A stretch of 64,000 nt of DNA, from the NCBI GenBank assembly GCA_944390795.1, contig CALXRI010000006.1, forward strand, positions 558-64,557, given 5' to 3'. The stretch comes from an uncultured Victivallales bacterium. Its GTDB lineage: Bacteria > Verrucomicrobiota > Lentisphaeria > Victivallales > UBA1829. This document shows, piece after piece, positions 45,212 through 54,236 of the stretch. How positions within the stretch are numbered: position 1 is the stretch's first letter; each line of letters begins with the position of its first letter. Made by a program: the position numbers and the translations under genes. The notes beneath the pieces are model-generated. The model was not told where the DNA came from. It was given only the letters and a program-made list of their open reading frames with translations, and ran no database searches.

Positions 45212-46225
45212 TTACTTGTTTTTAGGTGGATACTCCGGGCCGTCGGCCAGCACGTCGCCGACCGCGAGACGGAATCCGCGTGCGAAATCGGCGGCATTCA
45301 TCTCCTTTTTGCCCTCCGGGATGACCCGTTCGATCAGAATCGCGCCCGCGCCGCATGCCGCAGTCATCCCTTCTTTTGCGAGTTTGAGAATCGTCCCGGG
45401 TGTTGTTGCCGGCGTCCCCGGAGAGGAAACATGGACGGAGGACGGGATAAAACGTCCGGCCGTAATCTTCACGTTCACGGCGCGATCCGGAAGCGCCAGA
45501 CGGAAACAGACTCCCGGCCACGGGTAGAACGCCCGAAGCCTGCGGTCGATGACCATGGCGGGCTCCGCCCACTTTATCGAACCGTTTCCTTTCCGGATCT
45601 TCTTGGACACCGTCGCGGCGTCATGGTTCTGCGGAACCGCCTCCAGATGATGCTCCGTGATATTCATGATGCAGCCGACAATCTTTTCCGCGGCGAGTCC
45701 GGAGAGACGCGCCTCCAGCGTATCGGCGCGGATATCCGGCGGCAGCGCGAGACGGTGCGATTCAAATACAGCGCCGGTGTCCAGCCCCTTGTCCATGTGC
45801 ATGAAACTCACGCCGCTTTCGCGTTCCCCGTTCAGCACGGCGGACGTAATCGGCGACGCCCCGCGGTATTTCGGCAGAAGCGACGCATGGACGTTCAGGC
45901 AGCAGAAGCGCGGCAGATTCAGCAGTTCCTCCCGGAGCAGCTGCCCGAAGGAAACCACCACAATGATGTCCGGCGTCTCCGAACGGAGCGGCTCCAGAAC
46001 TTCCGGAGCGTTGACATTCGGCACGCGGCGACATTCAATTTCATGCGCGTCGCACCATTTCCCGACCGGCGTCGGAGTCAGAACCATCTTTCTGCCGGCA
46101 GGCTTGTCCGGCTGGGTGACAATCCCGCACATCTGAATTTTCGGACTGAGGCAGAGCGCCTCCAGAACGGGAACCGCAAACGCGCCCGATCCGAAAAAGA
46201 AAATTTTCACCTTGCTGTTTTCCAT
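45212..46225 (-). CDS. fmt: methionyl-tRNA formyltransferase
   Basis: KIFFFGSGAFAVPVLEAL, NVHASLLPKYRGASPI motifs. Confidence 0.9.
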   Translation of the reverse strand: MENSKVKIFFFGSGAFAVPVLEALCLSPKIQMCGIVTQPDKPAGRKMVLTPTPVGKWCDAHEIECRRVPNVNAPEVLEPLRSETPDIIVVVSFGQLLREELLNLPRFCCLNVHASLLPKYRGASPITSAVLNGERESGVSFMHMDKGLDTGAVFESHRLALPPDIRADTLEARLSGLAAEKIVGCIMNITEHHLEAVPQNHDAATVSKKIRKGNGSIKWAEPAMVIDRRLRAFYPWPGVCFRLALPDRAVNVKITAGRFIPSSVHVSSPGTPATTPGTILKLAKEGMTAACGAGAILIERVIPEGKKEMNAADFARGFRLAVGDVLADGPEYPPKNK

Positions 46226-46247
46226 TCACACCTTCCGATACATTCTG

Positions 46248-46955
46248 TCATCTGATCCGGGTCGGACGGCCCTGCGCGTCCGTAAAGCGCAGACTGAACT
46301 TCCGCTCCCGGGCGAAGTCGCCGCCGTTGTCCATATACTTTACAACAATCCGGTTGAGCCCTTCCCGGAGCGTGATTCCCGCGACGCGGTCCGTATCAGG
46401 CCTGCATGCCCGCCGATCCCCTCCGTAACAGAAAACCGGTACACCGTTGATCCAGACCCGGAGTTTCCCGCAGCTTCCGGTCCTGAGCGTCATATTTTCC
46501 ATCCGCTCTCCGGCCTGCAGCGTGGCGCACGCGTAAAAAATGCCTTCCCGCGCGGCATTCCCCGTGATCCGTCCGGAGAAATCGCAGACTCCGGCAACCT
46601 CATCCTCCCCGTCCGCGCTGAAGCGGATCACATGCCAGCGCGCCCCCTTCGGCGCCCGGCGCGAACCGTTGAGATCCTTTTCCCCGGGCACGGACTCCGC
46701 CTGAAACGCATCCGCGCTTTCCGCCTTCAGGGGGCCGAGGATATTCCAGGCCATCAGGAAATGGCCGTCATCGGAAAATCCCCGTTCCCGGAGCGGGGCA
46801 GGTTCTATATCGGAAATCTCGAATTCCGGCGCACAGTCCTCGTCGTCCTCCGTCCCTGCCGACGCGCAGGCACAGGAAAAAGCGCACGCAACCGCCGCGG
46901 ACATACAAAATAATCCGCATTTCACCGTTTTGCAAATGATATTCCAATCCTTCAT
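46248..46955 (-). CDS. hypothetical exported Cys-rich-leader protein with galactose-binding-like beta-sandwich (paralog of 42578..43402)
   Basis: AWNILGPL...FYACATL...LRVWINGVPVF...GLNRIVVKY...SLRFTDAQG. First gene of an apparent operon with fmt and rng (gaps of 22 and 10 nt). Confidence 0.6.
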   Translation of the reverse strand: MKDWNIICKTVKCGLFCMSAAVACAFSCACASAGTEDDEDCAPEFEISDIEPAPLRERGFSDDGHFLMAWNILGPLKAESADAFQAESVPGEKDLNGSRRAPKGARWHVIRFSADGEDEVAGVCDFSGRITGNAAREGIFYACATLQAGERMENMTLRTGSCGKLRVWINGVPVFCYGGDRRACRPDTDRVAGITLREGLNRIVVKYMDNGGDFARERKFSLRFTDAQGRPTRIR

Positions 46956-47003
46956 GCCGACTCCGCCTTTCAGAAAAATTTTCCTTTAATTTACATTCAG
47001 GGA

Positions 47004-47032
47004 TTGACTTATGCCAGTGCTGATGTTATTTT
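47004..47032 (+). promoter_or_regulatory. sigma70-like promoter of rpsD
   Basis: TTGACT (47004-09), 17-nt spacer, TATTTT (47027-32). Confidence 0.45.
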
Positions 47033-47035
47033 ATT

Positions 47036-47093
47036 GTCTCTTTTTTCAGAGACAGGCCCGCATGGCCCCTGTTATCGCTTGACACCATGCGGG
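47036..47093 (+). promoter_or_regulatory. structured 5' leader of rpsD (two hairpins)
   Basis: GTCTCT/AGAGAC (47036-47053) and CCCGCATGG/CCATGCGGG (47057-47093) lie between the promoter and the RBS. Confidence 0.35.
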
Positions 47094-47125
47094 AAAAACA
47101 ACAACCTTCAAGGAAAGGAACGGGA

Positions 47126-47728
47126 ATGAAACAAGCTCAAGCCAAACACAAACTTTGCAGACGCCTCGGCTACTGCATCTGGAACATGCCCAAGTGCCCC
47201 AGCGTGAAACGGCCCTATCCGGCCGGACTCCAGGGCAAGAACGGCAAGAAGAAAAAACTCTCCACCTACGGCGAGATGCTTCAGGAAAAGCAGAAAATCA
47301 AAGCGCACTACGCCCTGACCGAACGCCAGCTCAGAAACATCTTCCTTTCCGCGAAACGCATCGAAGGCAGAACCGACGAAATCCTGATGCGCAAGATTGA
47401 ACTCCGCCTCCAGTCCGCCGTGTATCACGGCGGCTTCGCTCCGACGATTTTCGCCGCGAAACAGCTGGTCGTCCACCGTCACGTCAAAGTTGACGGCAGA
47501 ATCGTCGACCGCGCCTCCTACCTGCTGAAGCCCGGCCAGGTCATCACGATCGACGCCGAGAAATCCCCGGCGATCGCGGAGGCCGCCAGAAACGTGAACT
47601 CCACGGTTCCCGCCTATTTTGAATCCAACAAGGAACAGCTCAAGCTGACCGTGACGCGCGAACCGATGATCGAAGAGATTCCGGTCCAGGTCGAAGCCCT
47701 GCGGGTCGTCGAGTACTACGCACGCTGA
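47126..47728 (+). CDS. rpsD: 30S ribosomal protein S4
   Basis: KHKLCRRLG..., an S4 RNA-binding domain (RLQSAVYHGGFAPTIFAAKQLVVHRHVKVDGRIVD). ATG 47126 with RBS GGAAAGGA. Confidence 0.9.
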   Translation: MKQAQAKHKLCRRLGYCIWNMPKCPSVKRPYPAGLQGKNGKKKKLSTYGEMLQEKQKIKAHYALTERQLRNIFLSAKRIEGRTDEILMRKIELRLQSAVYHGGFAPTIFAAKQLVVHRHVKVDGRIVDRASYLLKPGQVITIDAEKSPAIAEAARNVNSTVPAYFESNKEQLKLTVTREPMIEEIPVQVEALRVVEYYAR

Positions 47729-47750
47729 TTTTTCTTCCGGAAAATTCAGG

Positions 47751-47786
47751 CTCCTGTTTCCCTCCGCGGGAAACGGGAGTTTTTTT
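47751..47786 (+). terminator. rho-independent terminator of rpsD
   Basis: CTCCTGTTTCCC/GGGAAACGGGAG forms a 12-bp stem (one G.U) with a 5-nt loop, followed by TTTTTTT. Confidence 0.75.
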
Positions 47787-47947
47787 GTGCCGGGGTCCGG
47801 CGTCCCTCCAAAGCGGTCTCCGTGGAAATCCGTCCTCTTTCCCGTCGGAAAACTCTTTTGCGACGGGCGGAATCTTTTTTGCAAAATGCAAAAAGACACT
47901 TATATTGTAAGGGTCTTGCAATGTCAACTTTTTGAAAGGATCAGAAA

Positions 47948-49039
47948 ATGGAAATCAAACCTCCCGAAAAATGCAGGTATGACATTCTCTCGCTCGGGGA
48001 AGTCATGCTCCGGCTCGATCCGGGTCCCGGACGAATCCACACGGCACGTTCCTTCACGGCCTGGGAGGGCGGCGGGGAATACAATGTGGCGCGCGGCCTG
48101 CGCAGATGCTTCCGCCTTCGCGCCGGCGTCATCACGGCATTTGCCGACAATCCGGTGGGACGGCTCGTCGAGGATTTCATCATGCAGGGCGGCGTCGACA
48201 CCTCCCTGATCCGCTGGGTCCCGTATGACGGAATCGGACGCACCGTCCGGAACGGGCTCAACTTCACCGAACGCGGCTACGGCATCCGCGGCGCGGTCGG
48301 CTGCTCGGACCGGGGCAACACGGCGGTCTCCCAGCTGAAAAAGGGCGACATCGATTTCGATTATATTTTCGGAGAACTCGGGACGCGCTGGTTCCATACC
48401 GGCGGCATCTTCGCGGCGCTCTCCGACACGACCCCGGAAGTGGTGATCGAGGCGCTCAAGGCGGCGAAGAAATACGGCACGGTCACGAGTTACGACCTCA
48501 ATTACCGCCCGTCCCTCTGGAAGGCGATCGGCGGGAAGGAGCGCGCGCAGGAGGTCAACAAGGAGATCGCCAAATACGTCGACGTGATGATCGGAAACGA
48601 GGAGGATTTCACCGCATGCCTCGGATTCGAGGTCGAGGGCACCGACGCGAACCTCAGCAAGCTCAACACCGAGAGCTTCAAGAGGATGATCGAAAAGGTC
48701 GTCAAGGCGTATCCGAACTTCCAGGCGGTCGCCACGACGCTGCGTCAGGTGAAGACGGCGACGGTCAACGACTGGAGCGCGATCGTCTGGCAGGGCGGAC
48801 AGTTCCACAAGGCGGCGCAGCGCGACGGACTGGAGATTTTCGACCGTGTCGGCGGCGGCGACAGCTTTGCTTCCGGCCTGATCTACGGACTCATGGTCAA
48901 GGGCGATCCCGCGCTCGCCGTCGAGTACGGCGCGGCGCACGGCGCACTGGCGATGACGACCCCCGGCGACACCTCGATGGCGCGTCTGGAGGAGGTTGAG
49001 AAGCTTGTCAGGGGGGGCGGAGCCCGCGTCGATCGCTGA
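47948..49039 (+). CDS. PfkB-family sugar kinase (2-dehydro-3-deoxygluconokinase-like)
   Basis: LSLGEVMLRLDP...GGGEYNVARGL N-terminus and DRVGGGDSFASGLIYG ATP-site motif. Confidence 0.8.
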   Translation: MEIKPPEKCRYDILSLGEVMLRLDPGPGRIHTARSFTAWEGGGEYNVARGLRRCFRLRAGVITAFADNPVGRLVEDFIMQGGVDTSLIRWVPYDGIGRTVRNGLNFTERGYGIRGAVGCSDRGNTAVSQLKKGDIDFDYIFGELGTRWFHTGGIFAALSDTTPEVVIEALKAAKKYGTVTSYDLNYRPSLWKAIGGKERAQEVNKEIAKYVDVMIGNEEDFTACLGFEVEGTDANLSKLNTESFKRMIEKVVKAYPNFQAVATTLRQVKTATVNDWSAIVWQGGQFHKAAQRDGLEIFDRVGGGDSFASGLIYGLMVKGDPALAVEYGAAHGALAMTTPGDTSMARLEEVEKLVRGGGARVDR

Positions 49040-49064
49040 TTTCCACTTCTGCGGCAGGTCTGAG

Positions 49065-49100
49065 GCAGTCTTCCGGAAGATTCCGGAGACTGCTTTTTTT
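49065..49100 (+). terminator. rho-independent terminator
   Basis: GCAGTCT(T)CCGGA/TCCGGAGACTGC extended stem followed by TTTTTTT. Confidence 0.7.
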
Positions 49101-49228
49101 GTAAAGAGAAGGTTTTTTGATTCAAAATGCCAATCGCGACTTGCGCTTGCGCGATTATGGAGTAAATTAAGGTTTCTTGTCGTTTTATAGGAAAAAATCA
49201 AAGAAACTAACATATTGGAGAAACAGCA

Positions 49229-49621
49229 ATGCAGAACTTCCTCGTCACACTTGCCCAGCAGACCGCATCCGCGGCTGCAGCCGCCCCGGAAACCGCTGCC
49301 GGAACCGCCGCTGCCGCTCAGCAGCCGCAGTCCTTCATGGGCTCGCTCGGCGGCATGGTTCCCATGATCGTCGTATTCGCCGTTATCATCTACCTGATGT
49401 ACCGTTCGCAGAAGAAAGAGCAGAAACGCCGCGCGGAAATGATCGACTCGATCAAGGCGGGCGATCAGGTGCTTCTGGTCGGCGGCATTTTCGGCGAGGT
49501 CGTCGCGGTGAAAGAGGAGCAGTTCGTCGTCAGGATTGCCGATAACGTCCGGATCAATGTCGTGAAAAACGCCGTCAGCAATGTTGTCAGCAAAGATGCC
49601 GGCAAGGAAGAGCAGAAATGA
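49229..49621 (+). CDS. yajC: preprotein translocase subunit YajC
   Basis: Single TM followed by YRSQKKEQKRRAEMIDSIKAGDQVLLVGGIFGEVV. Overlaps the secDF start. Confidence 0.85.
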   Translation: MQNFLVTLAQQTASAAAAAPETAAGTAAAAQQPQSFMGSLGGMVPMIVVFAVIIYLMYRSQKKEQKRRAEMIDSIKAGDQVLLVGGIFGEVVAVKEEQFVVRIADNVRINVVKNAVSNVVSKDAGKEEQK

Positions 49622-52191
49622 ACAAGAAACCGGTTATCCTGAGATCCCTGTTCGCACTGCTGGTCCTGGGAGTGTTCATCTTCTCGATGTACCCGCTTCA
49701 GGAACGCGATTTCTATGATACGTTCAAGGAACTGCTCTCCGATCCGCAAAGCAAGGAAGTCACGGAACTGATCGCCGCGGCGAAAGAGAAAAAGGCGAAA
49801 GATCCCTCCATGTACGACAGCACCGCGCTGGAGGACGCCGCGACGGAAAAAGGAGTTTCCCTTGACAAATACGTCAAACCCTCCATCGTCAAGTCGCAGA
49901 AAGTGACCGGCACCCGTGACGTGATCTCCCTGATCCGCAAGAATTCCGCGGGCTCCATCCGGCGCGGAATCGACCTCAACGGCGGCGCGGAGTTCATCAT
50001 CGAACTCATTCCCGATCCGAACGACCGGGACAAGATCGAAAAGAAGTTCAACGATTACCGTGACATCGCCATCGAAACACTGCGCAAGCGCCTGACCGCC
50101 AAGAACATCTACGAGGCGGACATCTCGCCCGCCGGCGGCCGCTACATCTCCATGCGCGTTCCCGTCGTGACCAAGGAGGAAAAGGCGATTCTTGAAAAGC
50201 TCATCAAGCTCAGCGCGAAACTCCAGTTCCGCCTGGTCCATGTGAACAGCGACCAGGAGGTGGCGAAGTATCTGGCGGACCCGAAGAACTACGACCCGCC
50301 GGAAGGGTATGAGATTCTCGAAAGCGTCGAGACCAGGGACGGCAAAGTCATCAAGAAACCCTATCTGGTCGAACGCGAGGCGCAGATGGACGGCAAGGAG
50401 ATCGACGACGCCTATCCGACCATGGACCAGTTCGGGCAGCGCGAGATCATCCTGAAGTTCAAGCCCTCCGGCGCGGCGCAGTTCGGCAAAGTCACCGGCG
50501 ACAACGTCGGCAGACTCCTGGCGATCGTGCTTGACGGCCAGCTCTATTCCGCGCCGCAGATCAAGACCGCCATCACGGGCGGCAACGCCTCGATCACCGG
50601 CAACTTCTCCCGTGAAGACGCCGAAAACATCTCCAACGCGCTGGTCAGCGGCAGCGTGCCGTTCTCCATGACGATTCAGGCGCAGTCCGACATCGACCCG
50701 ACCATCGGGGAGGCAACGGTCCGCGACGGTCTCTACAGCGGAATCGCCGGCATGGTGCTGGTCATGATCTTCATGGCGGTTTACTACATGCGCAGCGGTC
50801 TCATCGCAAACATCTCGCTTCTGGTCAACGCCGTGCTGATTCTCGGCGCGCTGGCGGCGTTCGACGTGACGCTGACCCTCCCCGGCATCGCCGGCATCAT
50901 CCTGACGATCGGAATGGCGGTTGACGCCAACGTTCTGATCTATGAGCGCATCCGGGAGGAAATCGAAGCGAAGAAGACCGTCTTAAACGCGATTGATCTC
51001 GGTTTCGACCGTGCATATTCGGCGATTTTCGACTCGAACGTCACGACGCTGGTTGTCGCCGTCATCCTGCTCTGGCAGGGAACCGGCGCGATCAAGGGAT
51101 TCGCGATCACGCTGGCGATCGGCGTATTCACGACACTCTTCACGGCAGTGTTCCTGACACGTCTTCTCTTTGATCTCATGACCCGTTTCATGACCGTCAA
51201 GACTCTGAAGATGCACTCCTTCGTCGGGCGCGGAACCAATATTGACTTCCTCGGCCTCCGGAAGTATGCGCTGGCATTCTCCGGCATCCTGATTCTGGCC
51301 TCCTTCATTTACGTGGGCATCCGCGGCAAGGAGAGCCTCGGCATCGACTTCACCGGCGGCACGCAGGTGGAGCTGAGCTTCAAGGAGGCAATTCCGGCGG
51401 AACAGATCTCCAGCTTCCTGAAGACACAGGGTTTTGAAAACAAGGTCACCTACAAGACCGGCAGCGCGGTGGATGCGCAGAAGAAACTCGAAATCATCAT
51501 TCGCGACACGAAGGGCGGAACGACCGAAAAGACGGCGGAAGCCGGCGCCGTCATCATGGAGAAGGTGACAAGCGCGCTGAACAGGCAGTTCCCGAATGCG
51601 AAATTTGAAGGCGACACGCAGTCCACGCTGGGAGCGCTGATCGGCCAGACGTTCATGAAGTCCGCGCTTGTTTCGCTGGTGCTCTCCTTCGTCGTGATGA
51701 TCATCTACCTGACCTTCCGCTTCCAGTTCTCCTACTCGATCGCCGGTTCGGTGGTGCTGATCCACGACGTGATCATCGGCGTGGGACTCTATCTGATGTG
51801 CGGCGGGCAGATCACGCTGAACGTCGTCGCGGCCTCGCTGACGATTGTCGGTATTTCGATCAACGATACGATCGTCACCTTCGACCGCGTCCGCGAGAAC
51901 CTGACGCTCGTTAAGGACAAATCCTACTGGGATATCATCAACCTGAGCGTCAACCAGACTCTCGGCAGAACGATCCTGACGACGACCACGATTCTGCTGG
52001 TGCTGGTGATGCAGCTGATTTTCGGCGGCTCCGGCATCCGGGATTTCGTCAGCGTCATGCTGTTCGGACTGCTCGCGGGAACCTATTCGTCGATCTTCAT
52101 CACCAACCTGATCATCGCCTACTGGCACAAGCCGGTCAAGAACGTTGCATCAGGACGGCCTGAAGCAAAAGCGACGGTCACAAAGGCCTGA
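49618..52191 (+). CDS. secDF: fused protein translocase subunit SecDF
   Basis: 857 aa with a large periplasmic domain and two 6-TM SecD/SecF halves (LGIDFTGGT, DANVLIYERIREE, NDTIVTFDRVREN). Confidence 0.9.
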   Translation: MNKKPVILRSLFALLVLGVFIFSMYPLQERDFYDTFKELLSDPQSKEVTELIAAAKEKKAKDPSMYDSTALEDAATEKGVSLDKYVKPSIVKSQKVTGTRDVISLIRKNSAGSIRRGIDLNGGAEFIIELIPDPNDRDKIEKKFNDYRDIAIETLRKRLTAKNIYEADISPAGGRYISMRVPVVTKEEKAILEKLIKLSAKLQFRLVHVNSDQEVAKYLADPKNYDPPEGYEILESVETRDGKVIKKPYLVEREAQMDGKEIDDAYPTMDQFGQREIILKFKPSGAAQFGKVTGDNVGRLLAIVLDGQLYSAPQIKTAITGGNASITGNFSREDAENISNALVSGSVPFSMTIQAQSDIDPTIGEATVRDGLYSGIAGMVLVMIFMAVYYMRSGLIANISLLVNAVLILGALAAFDVTLTLPGIAGIILTIGMAVDANVLIYERIREEIEAKKTVLNAIDLGFDRAYSAIFDSNVTTLVVAVILLWQGTGAIKGFAITLAIGVFTTLFTAVFLTRLLFDLMTRFMTVKTLKMHSFVGRGTNIDFLGLRKYALAFSGILILASFIYVGIRGKESLGIDFTGGTQVELSFKEAIPAEQISSFLKTQGFENKVTYKTGSAVDAQKKLEIIIRDTKGGTTEKTAEAGAVIMEKVTSALNRQFPNAKFEGDTQSTLGALIGQTFMKSALVSLVLSFVVMIIYLTFRFQFSYSIAGSVVLIHDVIIGVGLYLMCGGQITLNVVAASLTIVGISINDTIVTFDRVRENLTLVKDKSYWDIINLSVNQTLGRTILTTTTILLVLVMQLIFGGSGIRDFVSVMLFGLLAGTYSSIFITNLIIAYWHKPVKNVASGRPEAKATVTKA

Positions 52192-52263
52192 TCCTGCGGA
52201 AAATTCCTCCCGGGAATTCTGAAAGACCGGGAGGCTGTCCTGCCGCGGAAAAGCATTTCCCAA

Positions 52264-52296
52264 GGCGGATTTCCAAATCACGGAATCCGCCTTTTT
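52264..52296 (+). terminator. rho-independent terminator of secDF
   Basis: GGCGGATT/AATCCGCC stem followed by TTTTT. Confidence 0.6.
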
Positions 52297-52332
52297 CATA
52301 CCCTGAATCAGGAAACGGGAGAAAGGGAAAGT

Positions 52333-54225
52333 TTATTTTTCAAAAGAGGTCCGTTTGGTTTCGAGCTCCTCCCAGCGCAGATAATGGTCTTCCAGCCCGC
52401 GCTTGAGGCATTCGACTTCATTCTGGAGGGAAACGGATTCCTCGCCGTGTTTCCGGAAAAAATCCGGATCGGCGAACATGGCTTCAATCCCGGCAATCCG
52501 TTTCTCCTCCTCCGCAATGACGCCTTCGAGAGACTCAAGCTCACGCATTTCTTTGAAAGAGAGCTTCTTCGGAGGATTTTTCCGGGACACGGGAGGAGAT
52601 GCGGAAGATCCGGAGCGTTTTTCCACCGGGGATCCCGCGGAAGCGGCCCGCTCGCGTTTCTTTTCCAGATAATAATCATAGTCGCCGACGCTTGTCACAA
52701 GCTCCGCATCCGGTTCGAAGGCGATGATGCAGCCGCAGACCCGGTTCAGAAAATAGCGGTCATGACTGACCACGACAAGACAGCCGTCGTAATGAATCAG
52801 GGCCTCTTCCAGAATCCGCAGCGAGGAAAGATCCAGATCGTTTGTCGGTTCATCAAGAATCAGGAAATTCCCGCCGCCGCGCAGGATTTTCGCAAGAGTC
52901 AGACGGGCTTTTTCTCCGCCGGACAGATGTTTGATTTTCGTATTGATCCGGTCATCCTCAAAAAGAAACCGTTTGAGATATCCCCAGACGGAAATCTTCT
53001 CCGCGCCGAGATTGATGAAATCATGGCCTTCGGAAATTTCCGCAAGCACGCTGTTTTCCGGATTCAGGGCGACACGCCCCTGGTCGATGTAGTTGAATTC
53101 CACAGTCGGCGCGACAAAGACTTCGCCGGAATCCGGCGCAAGCTGCTGTGTGATAATTTTCAGCAGAGTCGTCTTGCCGCAGCCGTTCCCGCCGACAATT
53201 CCGGTCTTCTGTCCTGCATGAAACTCATGGGAAAAGTTCCGGAACAGCGTCCGGGAGCCGATGCTTTTGGAAATGTCCCGGAGATTCACCACCTGATTCC
53301 CAAGACGCGACGCACGCGGAATGACAAGATCGATGTTTCCAATGCGGACCGGCCCCTTCCGAGCGGCAATCTCGTCATAGCGTTTGAGGCGTCCCAGATT
53401 GCGGCGGAGGCGCGCCTTCGGAGAACGGCGCACCCATTCGACCTCAAGGCGCAGGAAATTCCGGCGTTTCTGCTCCAGCACATCCTCGTTGTATTCCCGC
53501 TCCTCCTTCGCCGCGAGGAAATCAGCGTATGAACCCGTGCAGGAGAAAAACTTCCCGTGATCGAGCTCCACAATCCTTGTCGCGATACGATCCAGGAAAT
53601 AGCGGTCGTGCGTTACAAAAAGGCACGCGCCCTTATAGGATGCGAGAAACTCCTCGATCCAGGCGATCATTTCCACGTCGAGATGGTTGGTCGGTTCATC
53701 CAGGAGCAGCAGATCGGGATCGGCAATGATGCTGCGTGCCAGCATGACGCGCCGGAGCTCCCCGCCGGAAAGCAGGGAGCATGGCTTTTCCGGATCGTTC
53801 AGACGAAGCCTTGCAAGAATCGTGTCAATCCGGTTGGAGGTGTCCCATGCATCATGGTATGTCAGAATATGCTCCAGCTTCTCATGTTCCGGAGAGTTCG
53901 CGGGAAGTTCCTGGCAGCGTTTCAGAATTTCCGTGAAATATGCTGCGCCTTCGCTTGCCACGGAGCGGACGGAGGCATCCGGCGGAAGCGAAACATCCTG
54001 CGGCATGTAGGAAATCCGGATATTCCGAGCGGCCGTGATTTCTCCGGCGGAGGGCTGTTCCAGCCCGGCAATGATTTTCATCAATGTGGATTTTCCGCTG
54101 CCGTTTCGCCCGACCAGCGCGACGCGCTCGTGATCGGCAATGGAAAAAGAGGCGTCGTCAAAGAGAATCTGACGCCCGATTTCGAGCCTGAGTCCGGCTC
54201 CTGTCCAGAGAACCCTGTCCGCCAT
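52333..54225 (-). CDS. ABC-F family ATPase (Uup/EttA-type, no TM domain) with C-terminal coiled coil
   Basis: Two Walker A sites (GRNGSGKST, GGNGCGKTT), two LSGGE signatures and a basic linker. Confidence 0.9.
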   Translation of the reverse strand: MADRVLWTGAGLRLEIGRQILFDDASFSIADHERVALVGRNGSGKSTLMKIIAGLEQPSAGEITAARNIRISYMPQDVSLPPDASVRSVASEGAAYFTEILKRCQELPANSPEHEKLEHILTYHDAWDTSNRIDTILARLRLNDPEKPCSLLSGGELRRVMLARSIIADPDLLLLDEPTNHLDVEMIAWIEEFLASYKGACLFVTHDRYFLDRIATRIVELDHGKFFSCTGSYADFLAAKEEREYNEDVLEQKRRNFLRLEVEWVRRSPKARLRRNLGRLKRYDEIAARKGPVRIGNIDLVIPRASRLGNQVVNLRDISKSIGSRTLFRNFSHEFHAGQKTGIVGGNGCGKTTLLKIITQQLAPDSGEVFVAPTVEFNYIDQGRVALNPENSVLAEISEGHDFINLGAEKISVWGYLKRFLFEDDRINTKIKHLSGGEKARLTLAKILRGGGNFLILDEPTNDLDLSSLRILEEALIHYDGCLVVVSHDRYFLNRVCGCIIAFEPDAELVTSVGDYDYYLEKKRERAASAGSPVEKRSGSSASPPVSRKNPPKKLSFKEMRELESLEGVIAEEEKRIAGIEAMFADPDFFRKHGEESVSLQNEVECLKRGLEDHYLRWEELETKRTSFEK

Positions 54226-54236
54226 GCGTGCTCCGG

